A DNA stretch of 64,000 nucleotides from positions 23,190,001 to 23,254,000 of the forward strand of contig OZ249436.1 in the NCBI GenBank assembly GCA_965235115.1. Direction: 5' to 3'. The notes beneath the pieces are model-generated. The model made no database searches, was not told the origin of the DNA, and was given only the letters and a program-made list of their open reading frames with translations. This DNA is from Laetmonice hystrix (lineage: Eukaryota). Position numbers and translations under genes: made by a program. Positions 51,173-62,457 of this stretch are shown here, piece by piece; the stretch's first letter is position 1; each line of letters opens with the position of its first letter.

Positions 51173-52166
51173 TGTCATATCGAAATGTGACCCTATGGAA
51201 ACGTGACCCGAGGGTCAGTTTTCTATATAGAATAGTGACCCATGGGTCACTTTTCCATTATGGAAAACTGACCCCCCTTATGGAATAATGACCCAGTCGT
51301 AATCCCAGTATAAAATTCTGATTTCTGTCGAATACATGGCTAGTTTTTAGGGTGGGGGTCACTTTTCCATGCCATAGAATTCGGACCCATTGAAAATTTA
51401 CATGATTTCTGTCAAATACTTGGCTTGTTTTTAGGGAGGGGTCACTTTTCCATGCCATAGAATTCGGACCCATATGAAATTACATATTATGTAGACAGGC
51501 AGGGGGGTCACATTTCCATTTTATAGAGTTCTGATTTTGTCTAATACTTGGCTTGTTTTTAGGGTGGGGGTCACTTTTCCATGCCATAGAATTCGGACCC
51601 ATATGAAATTGCATACTATGGAGACAGACAGGGGTCCCGTTTCCATTCTATAGAATTCTGATTTTGTCTAATACTTGGCTTGTTTTTAGAGTGGGGTCAC
51701 TTTTTCATGCCATAGAATTCGGACCCATATGAAATTACATGTATGTTAGGTTTGACAGACAGGGAGTCACATTTCCATTATATAGAAGTCGGATTCCTGT
51801 CTAATATAATTATGGCTTGTTTTTACGGTGGGGATCACTGTTTATACCGTAGAATTATGACCCTTAGTAGTCTATGGAAAGAAGGGGGATTAGCAGGTAC
51901 TAGCACCCCACTAAGCCCACCCCCATACAAATACCTGTACTGTGTGCTAAAAGCCACCTGATTGTCAAAAAAGATGTTTTTCCACAATTACTGGAGGGGC
52001 GGGGGCAACTGCCCGCTGCCCCCATTAGGTACGGCCCTGGAGTCTATACTATTGTCTCTATCAGTAACATAATCACAGATGAACAACTAAATCTGGGGGG
52101 GGGGGGGGTCACTTTTCCATAGTGTGGGTCACATTTCTATAATGGGGGTCACTTTTCGATCTGACA
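51173..52166. mobile_element. TGT..ACA element (Ginger-like) with internal ~120-bp tandem repeats
   Basis: TIR TGTCATATCGAAATGTGACCC / GGGTCACTTTTCGATCTGACA; flanks CCGG/GGGG (imperfect). Confidence 0.55.
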
Positions 52167-52460
52167 GGGGCCACACACCTGAGAAACTGGGTTATCCGAC
52201 CCGACCGGACTGGACAGTTTCCTTGGTGTGTGCGCCCCTACGACCCGACGAGACGGTTTTTGCCAGTCGGCGACGGCCCGTTTTTCAGATTAAACATGTT
52301 GAATATGAAAGACTGTGACTCCCGACTCCCGACTCGGTGTGTGTTGACAGTTGGCAGTCTCTAGTCGGCTGAGAGGCAATAGCCAATCAGTGCTCGGCAA
52401 AGTACCATGTGATGATTCGTGTCATGTGATCCATATAGGTCTAGTTTCCATACGGAAAAA

Positions 52461-52598
52461 AAAGAAGAGGCATGGAAAAAAGTAGCGACAGAGTTTGAGG
52501 AAAAGTGGAATTTTCCTCATTGTGTTGGAGCACTGGATGGCAAGCACATCAGACTCAAACCACCAGCAAATTTCGGGTCCATTTTCCATAATTATAAA
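52461..52598 (+). pseudogene. Harbinger (DDE_Tnp_4/HARBI1-like) transposase fragment
   Basis: EEAWKKVATEFEEKWNFPHCVGALDGKHIRLKPPANFGSIFHNYK, containing the first catalytic D motif. Confidence 0.9.
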
Positions 52599-53271
52599 CT
52601 AAATTATATTATTGAAGGACTATTGGAACTTAACAGCCGGGGCAGTATCATGGCAGGATAGCATGATTTGTTAAAGTGCCACTCATTTCACCTGGATGAA
52701 TATGATAAATTTTCGATCCTGTACGACCTACTCGAAGTTGCGCAATCGCAAACTAGAAGAATCCGCGTGGAGTGCTCTAGTTGCAGGGGCCTTTAGTATG
52801 GAAAATTTCCGGGTGGGGCGCATCCATCGCATCAACGACTGTCAGTCGGGAGTCGGCTCGGTGTGTGCGGGGGGCACACACCTAGTCTTAACGCCATAAA
52901 ACTGGTCCCGACGGGTCAGTCTCTGGGACTGACCCAGTTCCTTTGGTGTGTGGCCGGCTTTAGGGTGGGAATACACCTGAAGGGCCTTGTCCACTGAACT
53001 TGCGGCCGTGCCGTTTTCCTTTGCGATGCGGCAGTCGCAACGCAGTCAATGGACAAGGCGCTCGCATCGTCGCAGCAGTGGTGCGTTGCGTAGACGCACA
53101 GATGTGCGGTGCTTTGCGGCAATATCAACACGTGTTGATATTGCCGCATTCATATGCGTCGGCCGCAAGCAAAAATTTTCGATTTTCGATGGACTGATGG
53201 CGATGGACTTAATATGAGCATGTCTATCTGTATACAAGTTACACATCAGTTGTGAAACATGTTATCCTCAG

Positions 53272-53697
53272 TGTGACGACTGTGCGAGGGCCCATTCGGC
53301 CCACCTCGGGACTGTCCGGGCCGCGTAATTTTTTTTCCCACATTAGTTCCGGACCCCATTCTAGCTTCAGCCAATCAGTGAACGCCAGACTCTATCGCTC
53401 GCGATATGGGACCGAACAGTGTCAGTGAATGTTTCTTATTGACACATCTACTGCTCATCAATTAGTGCCTATTTAACAATAATTTTGGGCTATGAAAACT
53501 AACACTAACCCTAGGCCTAACCTTTTACCCTAACCCAAACACACTGTCTCGCATCTCGCATGTCGTCGCCGGTATTCCATAGCCATATGTGTGCCTGTTT
53601 CTGATTGGCTGTATGATAATGGGGGGTCCAGAACTAATGTGGGAAAAAAAATTGCGCGTCCGGGCCAGATCCTCTCGGCCCTCGCACAGTCATCACC
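53272..53697. mobile_element. Fold-back element with ~110-bp IRs and a central CCTAA tract
   Basis: GACTGTGCGAGGGCC..TTTTCCCACATTAGTTC..AGCCAATCAG mirrored at 53600-53696. Confidence 0.7.
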
Positions 53698-54373
53698 ATG
53701 TTGGATCTTCTTTTATCACGTGACACAACGTGTTCAAAACGGCGACGGCCGACACACCGACAAAGGTGAAAGACAAGCAATCTTTTTTAGATGTTGACAT
53801 TCCTATTGGCATTGTTTATCGTCAGACGGAGGTCAACGTTTGTCCCACGGACGAGCTGTCTCACTTGGGATTCCCTCGGGATTCCTTCGTCATTTTTTAT
53901 GTTGATGCAAGCTAGTAAAGTCGTATGATTTCATAAATACTGCAAAACTGAATGTGTCGCGGCTGCTAAGAACGATCGAGACTGCAAATCTTCGGAAATT
54001 ATCCATCTTTCCTGATGAACCATCCCGCGTTAGGCCGAATACCGACGGTCAATGAACTACTTTGCGCCGTTGCGCACTACGCGAGTTGTGATGTGCCCAA
54101 ACCCGTGGAATCACTGTCATATCTCTACGGCTTGCGACGTCCGAGACCACAACTAGCGAAGCGACCGGAAGTTGGGCCGAGGTTTTCCGAATGTGCGAGG
54201 GCCGAGAGGATCTGGCCCGGACAGTCCCGAGGTGTGTCGAATGTGATAAAGGCTGCCCTGGCAGCTCTCGCTCACCCAGCGACACAGTCGGTGGCCCTTC
54301 ACACGCTCTGCAGAGCGTCGGCCCAACACCTGACGGAGTCCGGCGTTCCAATGGCGCGCGGATATAATATGTA

Positions 54374-54525
54374 GAAGCCGCCCCTCACCCGGCGTCTCCC
54401 CTCGTCAATGACACATAGGCCTAAATAGTAAAATTATGTAACCCGTAATTCTTTTACTCTATTTTCAACTGATTAAAACTTTCTCTCCACATCTGTGTTT
54501 GTCTCAGTTTCAAGTTATCAATTGA
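54374..54525. repeat. ~150-bp interspersed repeat; paralog at 57862-58010
   Basis: CCGCCCCTCAC.CGGCGTCTC..AAAATTATGTAACCC..CTCCACATCTGTGTTTGTCT is shared. Confidence 0.85.
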
Positions 54526-55809
54526 GAATAACTGTGACTCGACGCCAGGTCCCTTTCGGACTTAGACTTGTGCGCTTGATCCACTACAGCGGTAGCACAT
54601 CGCAAGTTTACCGCTAGTCGTATCGCTTCCATACCGCTACTATACCGCTTCCCCTTTACCGCAGCCTCATCCTGATCCACACTAGCAGTCGTTATGGTTA
54701 CGATTACGTTACGTTGCGCCATTTTGGACTGGTCACATGATTTCTAGGTGAAATGTGATTCGCTGAGGCAAACTCTATTACCGTAAATACACCGCTTCAC
54801 CTGATCCACTGCAAAGACGTTGAATCGGCGCGCTAGCCATGCAGATTTTAACCATGCAGAAAAGGTCATGCAGATTTTAATGGCCTGTACCTCCAAATCA
54901 GTTGAAGATAACAAGATCTAATCTTGCATGCAACATTACATAATAACCAGGGACAGTCTAAGGAGGACACAGGTCAAACATATCATTAAAAATGGCTGCT
55001 TGGTGGCCATCTTGGATATAAAAAAAATCGAAACAATAACTCTGACATTTTCTGTCCTTCTTTCTTGGTGACAGAAGGCATGAGGGGCAACAAGCGTGCC
55101 AAAAGTACACATAGTTCATGGACCCACAGATAATTAGTCCCTACTCAGTTGGTGGGCTGTGACTCTGACGGGGTCTGGTGAAATTTACTAATATTAGTAA
55201 AAATTGAGAGAGAAAATCATGAATTTCCATGAATTTAACTAACCTCTAAAGGTCAATCAAGGTCAAGCATATTTGCAATTGCCTGTATCTAGACAAAACA
55301 CCTCACGTTGGATAACACTATCAAATTGTACATAACTGCATAGTTACTATAAGATGCGGACGAAGTACATACGAAGTTTCCTTTGGCAATATTTTCTTTG
55401 CCCTTTAAAGATCAATTGAAGTCGTGCATCGTTTCTTCAAGAATCCATAGTTCTTGGTGGGGGCTATAAGCTTCACAAGCTTGTTTATAATGGGCTGGTA
55501 TGGTAAAAAAACCATAAGTAGTTGGGCGACCAAGTATTTCTGCTGAATGGAAAACACTACACCGTATAGACCTATAGTAGATACCTAGTTAGGGCTAGTA
55601 CTAAGACTTAGTGCTTGTTATCCGGTAAATAAAGGATAAAATCATGTAGGCCTACATTGTAGGCATACATGTCTTATGTTTTGCCCTCCACAAGAAACCC
55701 CATGTCCCGGATGTTCCCAGTAAAGAACACAAAGAACACAAAGAGAAGAAAAAGTCATCATCTCCCAAGATAAAGCACAAGATGAGAGAGGCACAGTATG
55801 GACTCCCTC

Positions 55810-56300
55810 AATATCCGTCACCTCCCCTACGGCCCGGCTAACGGTGGGCTTGCTAAAGTCCTAGAGGTCGCTCAGAACTCTGTAGTTGGGCCCTGGCGCG
55901 TAGAAGCACAGGGCCAAACACATCTGCAAAATAAGGAAGGGGTTATTAACATATTTTTTGGTGAGTTAGTTTGAGGCCTACACAGCTGATATAGGCATCT
56001 TAATTACTTTAAGAGGAATTACCCTATTAAAGAAGTATACCTTACTTATTTCTAAGTAGGCCTAATACATTTGGGAAATTTTTAATAAATGTTAGGTTCT
56101 TTACACAAATTCAAGCTTTGACTACATTCATGATACTACTTGGGTCGCCGAACGTTGGGCAAAACGGCGAGTCTTCATATGTTCTTGAAAGGGCGATCAC
56201 TGACTCCTTGTCCAGCCGATACCGTTTCCCGAATAATTTCGCCGTCAAACCTATTAATTGGGTCTATTCGCGCGAAGAACCATCTTCTTCTCCCCTCCAT
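55810..56300 (-). pseudogene. Harbinger transposase N-terminal remnant, two exons
   Basis: MEGRRRWFFARIDPINRFD / KRYRLDKESVIAL (frameshifted), then after acceptor TTTTGCAG (55925): CLALCFYAPGPNYRVLSDL*DFSKPTVSRAVGEVT, a HARBI1-type HTH region. TIR-like end at ~56760-56784 followed by CTG. Confidence 0.75.
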
Positions 56301-56620
56301 AATTCACGGTTGAAGTAAAATTCCGCAAAAATTCACTTATTTCGCGCCTTTATGTTATTCTACGACAACCCTCGGTGTGGTCGTGGCCAACGATTTTTTT
56401 TTCGAGGAAATAACGATATGTTTCACGAATAAGTCACCGTAAAACCTAGTATTAATTGGGTTTATTCACGCGAAGAACCACCGACGCCTCCTTCTCCTCT
56501 CCATAAATGACGGTTGTAGTAAAATTCCGCCAAAATTCACTCATTTCGTGTTTTTATATTATCCTACGACAACCCTCGGGGTGGTCGTGGCCAACGACTA
56601 TTTTTGAGGAAATAACGATT
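56250..56620. repeat. ~200-bp diverged tandem duplication covering the transposase start region
   Basis: 56252-56417 resembles 56450-56619. Confidence 0.85.
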
Positions 56621-56789
56621 GAAAAAAAGCCAAGAACGATTTTATGAAACACTTGAGCGATTTTTCATTTGGTCGTGACAAATTTATCGTTCTTCGACAA
56701 GAACGATCTTTTATGAAACAGAATCTATCGTATATCGACAATATGATTAAATCTAAAATGTAAGATCTTTTATGAAACAGGGCCCTGGA

Positions 56790-57112
56790 GTATACCCCCA
56801 CCAGACGATACCCCGGTGTAATCTGGGCTATCCTAGAGTATACCCGGGGTTATTCTGGGCTAGCCCCCGTGGTATAAACCAGGCTAGCCCAGATTAGGCC
56901 TATACCCCCCCCCCCCCGCAGCCCAGATTATACGACACTCATACAAATCCCACATACTGGCATGTATACAATTTCAAAACAAGAAGTTGGTATGTAGTTA
57001 TTCCGATTAAAACATTTAAAAACTGTATGAAATAAACTTGTGGATATTCTGCCATGGGGGTATAATCTGGGCTGGGGGGTATACCTTGGGCTAGCCTGGT
57101 TTATACCCGGGG
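56790..57112. repeat. Fold-back element of TATACCCC/CTGGGCTAGCCC subrepeats
   Basis: GGTATAAACCAGGCTAGCCCAG mirrored by GGGCTAGCCTGGTTTATACC. Confidence 0.65.
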
Positions 57113-59289
57113 GTCAGGTCAGGGGTCACTGAAACGGCAGTACCCAGGGTGTGGCAGAGGTTGAATGAAGTGAACGATCTCTGTCCGGAGGGTGCTGCCA
57201 GCCAGCACCTGGCCTAACATAGCGGATGCGTCTAGTAGGCAGGGGACCAGGCTATGACAGCAAAACATCGTTCCAGCAAGAAATCAAGATGGCCTTTATG
57301 CAACAGAATCTACTACATGTCGTTACCATTGTCGTTCGGTCAACGAACATCTACCCATTTTTCGTTCTTGTACTGTCGTTGATTATGCAACAGGCCCCAG
57401 ATCCACACCAGCGAAAGAACAGCGATGTATACCGCTAGGCTCCACCGCTGCTTGACCGCTGGTGTACCGCTACAAAACCGGCTGAGTGAATCACCCGCCG
57501 TCCCCTCGGACTTCTGCTCATGCGCTGGCACTCTTCAGCTCCACCACCCCAACCATTCTCTCATTAATTCCATGGTGCTTACGCAACGGTGCCAGTCATG
57601 ATAATTTACAATATAATTATAGGACAATCTTAATGTAGTCATTTCATGTCTATATCCTTATATAACAATTTTATCTCTTTTATTTCAATGTGTAAGTAAT
57701 CCAACCGCAGTGGTTGTCAATAAACATGATTCTTATCTTATCTATCTGCCACTTGCAGGTTGGACTCCTTGGAGACAAGACTCACCAATGATTTCCCACC
57801 CGCCCACAAGCAAACTTGACCTATCCCTAGAACGACGTGAGTGCGAGGCGCGATACTAGTGGAAACCGCCCCTCACTCGGCGTCTCTCCTCATCAAAGAC
57901 ACATAAATATTAAAATTATGTAACCCTTAATTATGTTACTCTATTGTGAACCGATTAGAACTTTCCCTCCACATCTGTGTTTGTCTTTATAGTCTCAAGA
58001 TATCAATTATAAGGGATGGTGCTGGCGTCATTTGTAACGCCACGGTCGGCATTCTGAATTGCTTGGTTCAGTTGTTCGATTAACTTGGATTACGTACGGG
58101 ATACATCGATTTTAATTGATTTCTATTACTGCAAGTCAAGAAGTACTCTGTAACCTCATGTGTACCAAATGCATCACGTATAAATTTACAGTTAAATGCA
58201 AGGAGAATATTCTCCTTGCATTTAACTGTAAATTTACGTGATGTGTATACACTGTAATTCGGCTGAACGGTCGAACGTAAACTTAAAGGCCCGGCCACAC
58301 AGAGCCGACTACCCCCAACACGATGGTCGGAGGCCGGGGGAGTCCAAATCGGCCAACTACTCAGTCAGGTCTGATATATGCCCAACCATGCCACACTGAA
58401 TGCGATCCGAAAGTCGGGAGTGGGATGCCACACTAGCGACACCACTCGTGACCAGTATATACTATTGTAACTAGTTTGTATGGTGCGCGCTGTGATTGGC
58501 TGGTAAGCAGCCCGACTGTTGAGTCTGGTCGGTAGGTATGCCACACAGGCCCGACTAGGCCCGACCATCGTGACTGGGAGGGAAGGGGGAGTAGTCCCCA
58601 CCAACCGACCAGCCGTAAATGTGAAATCTATCCACATCAATCTGCTGGCTCACTAAACCAAGCACAGTTGGCCAAGAGTTGTCTTGGAACTTCACGAGGA
58701 CAGCCTTCATCAGAGTGTTTTTTTATTGCTCTCCTCCAAAATAAGATCCAAGAAGATGTATTAGACCTACAGCTCTAAAGCACCGGGTTTGTTCTGGACA
58801 TACAGATTCCTCTAACCCCACCCTGACTGGGAGGACCGGGGGAGTCGACACCAGCGGGCCTTATCAGCAGCACTTACATAACTCTGCTGACCCCGGCCAG
58901 AGCCGGGCCAGAGCCGGGCCAGAGCCGGGCCAGAGCCAGGCCAGAGCCGGGCGGACCTCACAGTGGGCGGTCTGTGTATACAGAGACCGCAACCATCCTA
59001 GTGAGAAACATTATATTGTCAAGACTATGCCCATGAAAACGTATGTTCCTGGATATATTGCCTTTCCAAAAAAAGAACTAAACAATCAGTGGTATACCTG
59101 ACTCTATACACTTTGTAACTGTTGTGTTTGCATATGGCTATTTTAAATACGTTTCAAGATAGATCCTGTGAAAGTCAGATTACATATATCATCATAAATA
59201 AAAAAGATATTGGTAAATTTATGCAAAAAATTATGCAAAATGACCAATCTTTAATAGGAGCACACATCTAGTGACCAAATATATGATTC

Positions 59290-59895
59290 CTATCTCGTTG
59301 AAGCAATTTTTTGCAAACGTGCCAAAAGTGCCAAATTTCAAAGTCACGTGACTCTCTTAATATAGGTCAAATTCCTGACTTCAAACCGTTTCAATAAAGA
59401 GCCACCTTATCAGACTCTTCAGACAGACTTTGGCTACATATTGCAAAATATTGAGGGAGAAGATGCAATTTAAGCTGTTTAATATCTTTGACCTAGATCT
59501 CACAAAGGTTAAAGGTCAGAGGTCAAATTCAGGTGCATGACGATTAATGCTTAAGTGCATAATTAGGAACTGTCATGGAGATTGCTCCTACTTTTCCAGA
59601 AATTCAAGAAATGAGCCCTCCTTTGAGAAACTTTAACACGTCATAAGTCATTGACGTGACGTCATATGACGTAATCAGTCAATATCTGATCATTTTAGTG
59701 GATGGTCAATGTTTCATGCAAGTTTCATGACGATACCTTCATAGGTAACCGAGATACGGCCATAGTCTAACTACGCGAATAATCAGAAGAAGAAGAAGAA
59801 GAAGAAGAAGAAGAAGAAGAAGAAGAAGAATAGTGTAGACGAAACCCAGTAATTTCAAAATCCCATTTACCACTTTGGGGGGATGGGATAATAAT
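59290..59895 (+). mobile_element. HINE/pearl-like element with (GAA)n microsatellite and 3' hairpin
   Basis: Core similar to 1-330 (TTTGACCT, TGACGTGACGTCAT, AAGTTT..GAGATA); (GAA)n at 59786-59830; hairpin ATCCCAT..ATGGGAT at 59860-59889. Confidence 0.55.
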
Positions 59896-60461
59896 TTTGT
59901 GACGTATAACGGGCCATGTCATGTTCTTGGCGGGATTTGCACCCATTTATTCCAGCCTTTAAAGTGGGGGTTTTACCCACTGAGCTATTGAGTCACACAG
60001 CATTGAAGGTACCAAGTTCCGATTTCAAATAGATGGATGACATCATGAACCAAAAGCCTTTTTGTGAAAGGAATGATCGTATATATATGACTTGGTACAG
60101 CTTAAAAATCAACCCTAGTCGAACGGATTTGGCACACATATATAATGAACAACAATTCTGCACCCTGCCAGGTTCGAATAGAGTTCCCATACCGTTAAGG
60201 GTTTTGCATCTTAACCACTACACCACAGAGTCTGTGAACTACAACAAATATATCCACGTCATCCTTATTTTGAGGCGTTGAACAGTTTATAAATTATTCA
60301 ATTATGTAACATGATATAATCTTGATATAGCTTCGTCAAAATACGTCAGATCGCTAAATTCCTGCTACAACTTCTTCGGATATCTAGGAGCAACTGTACA
60401 CTCAAATACTCATTTGAAGAAAGCTACTTCAGAATTGTAGATGTATAGTATAGTATATATG

Positions 60462-62457
60462 TGTCGTGGCCCAGATCCCAATCTGGCCCAGTTGCCAATT
60501 GGTCCGGACCAGATCCCAATTGGGATCTGGTCCGGCCCAGATACCAATTCGGATCTGGTCCGGACCAGTTGCCAACTGGACCGGACCAGATCACAATTGA
60601 CATCTGGGCTGGCCTGGATGCCAATTGGGATCTGGGCCGGACCAATTGGAAACTGGACCGGACCAGATCACAATTGGCATCTGGGCTGGCCTGGATGCCA
60701 ATCGAGGTTTTCAGTCATAAGATTGGAATCTGGTCCGGACCAGTTGGCAACTGGTCCAGACGAAATAATAATTTCAATCTGGTCCAGCCCAGATCCCAAT
60801 CCAATGACTCTTGGTCCAGATCCAAATCCTGGTTCCTCATCATGGATTTAAAAATAGTAGAGGGCCTTCACGCTCTGAGACGTTTGAAATTATGAAATTT
60901 CTAAAAGCAGTCAGGCCTAGTCTACCAATAACGTCGGAAGGTAGGGGCCCTCCCACAAAAAAAAAATTGAATTTAAAAGGCAAAGAAACGCAATTTCCCA
61001 GCCTCTGGAGATAGAACTTGTAAAGCTTCTCAAAGCACTAAAGGCCTAGCCTATGTACCAATAACATGCGCTGGGGTCCTCCCCAGAATATTTTTGAATT
61101 TAGAAGGCCAAAAACGCCATTTCTTGACCAAAATAAGGGGGGTCCAGGGGGTCTGGACACGCCCCTAAGGGGGGAACATGGGTCGGAGGGGTCGGTCTGA
61201 AGGTGGACACCCTGCAGACACGAGCTGGACCCACTATCCCCCTATCTGATCGCTGTCAGGGGGGACCGGATCCCCCTGTCAGGGGGGATATGGGTCCAGG
61301 GGGTGGTTCATTCCAACACCCCCTGGCTACGGGCCATTTTTTGTCAATGTGAAATAAAATAAATCTAAAAAGAAATATTATTGTGAGAATGTTTTTTTTC
61401 TGTATGGAAAGGAGTCTGGACATTAATTAATCGCTCTGTTGTCTTCAGTGGTCAGAAGTGTTGTGCTGACCTTGCACACACCCAGACTTCTGCCGAGCCG
61501 TTAGTAACACTTTCCCATTGTTTCCAAGATCTAAGAGACTACCCTACTTATAGTGACTATTGTTCCTTCCAAGCTGCCAGAATCGGGGCCTTTGCTTTGC
61601 CTTCAGTGACGAGTGAATTTGACTGGGAGGTGTAAAGAGGCTGTGAAAAAGTGGTACGGCCAGAGAGTCGCAGCTTGAGGACATCAAATAAACATTAAAG
61701 AGGAAGGTGTGACACACTAGGGCCTAAATTAGAGTACATGTGATTGGCTACTAGGCCTGGTAGGGTATATAAGGGGTGCAGTTTCATAAGCAGTTCATTA
61801 CACATTGTCGCAATGGAGCAGAAGGAGCAGTTTTACGAGTTGCTGGAGTAATGTGACAATGTGCTGTGTAGAAAATAAAATAGTCCATGGAATGTCCTTG
61901 GTATAAAACGAGCATGTATTTTTCAAAAACCTTTGAGGAGGGGGTTGCAATGCGATGGAGTGTTATTTAATTAGGTATTTTCTATTTATTTATTTTAACT
62001 AGGCCTATTTTCGTTTACAATGCCATGTGTATCTGAAATAAAATACATAAAAAGAAACTCGATTTTATTAAATCCATGATGAGGAACCAGGATTTGGATC
62101 TGGACCAAGAGTCATTGGATTGGGATCTGGGCTGGACCAGATTGAAATTATTATTTCGTCTGGACCAGTTGCCAACTGGTCCGGACCAGATTCCAATCTT
62201 ATGACTGAAAACCTCGATTGGCATCCAGGCCAGCCCAGATGCCAATTGTGATCTGGTCCGGTCCAGTTTCCAATTGGTCCGGCCCAGATCCCAATTGGCA
62301 TCCAGGCCAGCCCAGATGTCAATTGTGATCTAGTCCGGTCCAGTTGGCAACTGGTCCGGACTAGATCCCAATTGGTATCTGGGCCGGACCAGATCCCAAT
62401 TGGGATCTGGTCCGGACCAATTGGCAACTGGGCCAGATTGGGATCTGGGCCACGACA
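60462..62457. mobile_element. TGT..ACA DNA transposon with ~390-bp TIRs and 4-bp TSD (Ginger-like, non-autonomous)
   Basis: 60462-60851 is a near-perfect reverse complement of 62068-62457; TSD TATG/TATG; TIRs built of GGTCCGGACC subrepeats. Confidence 0.85.
61741..61815 (+). promoter_or_regulatory. Possible core promoter (reverse CCAAT, TATA, initiator-like) inside the Ginger-like element
   Basis: GATTGG (61742), TATATAAG (~61766), TTCATT ~28 nt downstream, then ATG GAG CAG AAG. Confidence 0.35.

Larger units (their letters stand above)
51167..52959 (+). mobile_element. Internally deleted Harbinger element whose left TIR is split by an insertion
   Basis: AGCCGG|..|CCACACACC on the left versus GGTGTGTGGCCGGCT on the right; flanks TAA/TTA; transposase fragment inside. 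Confidence 0.7.

Noticed and set aside
57861..57905. Minimal hammerhead ribozyme on the minus strand (TTGATGAG..GAGAC)
   Set aside because: The core deviates from CUGAUGA/GAAA in both paralogs and helix II is missing.
60160..60232. tRNA gene on the minus strand (also 40181-40243 on plus)
   Set aside because: Only A/B-box-like words are present with no credible cloverleaf; more likely decayed SINE heads.
60424..60895. Repetitive GPD-rich proteins (also 62015-62614)
   Set aside because: Open frames through TIR subrepeats, mirrored on both arms.
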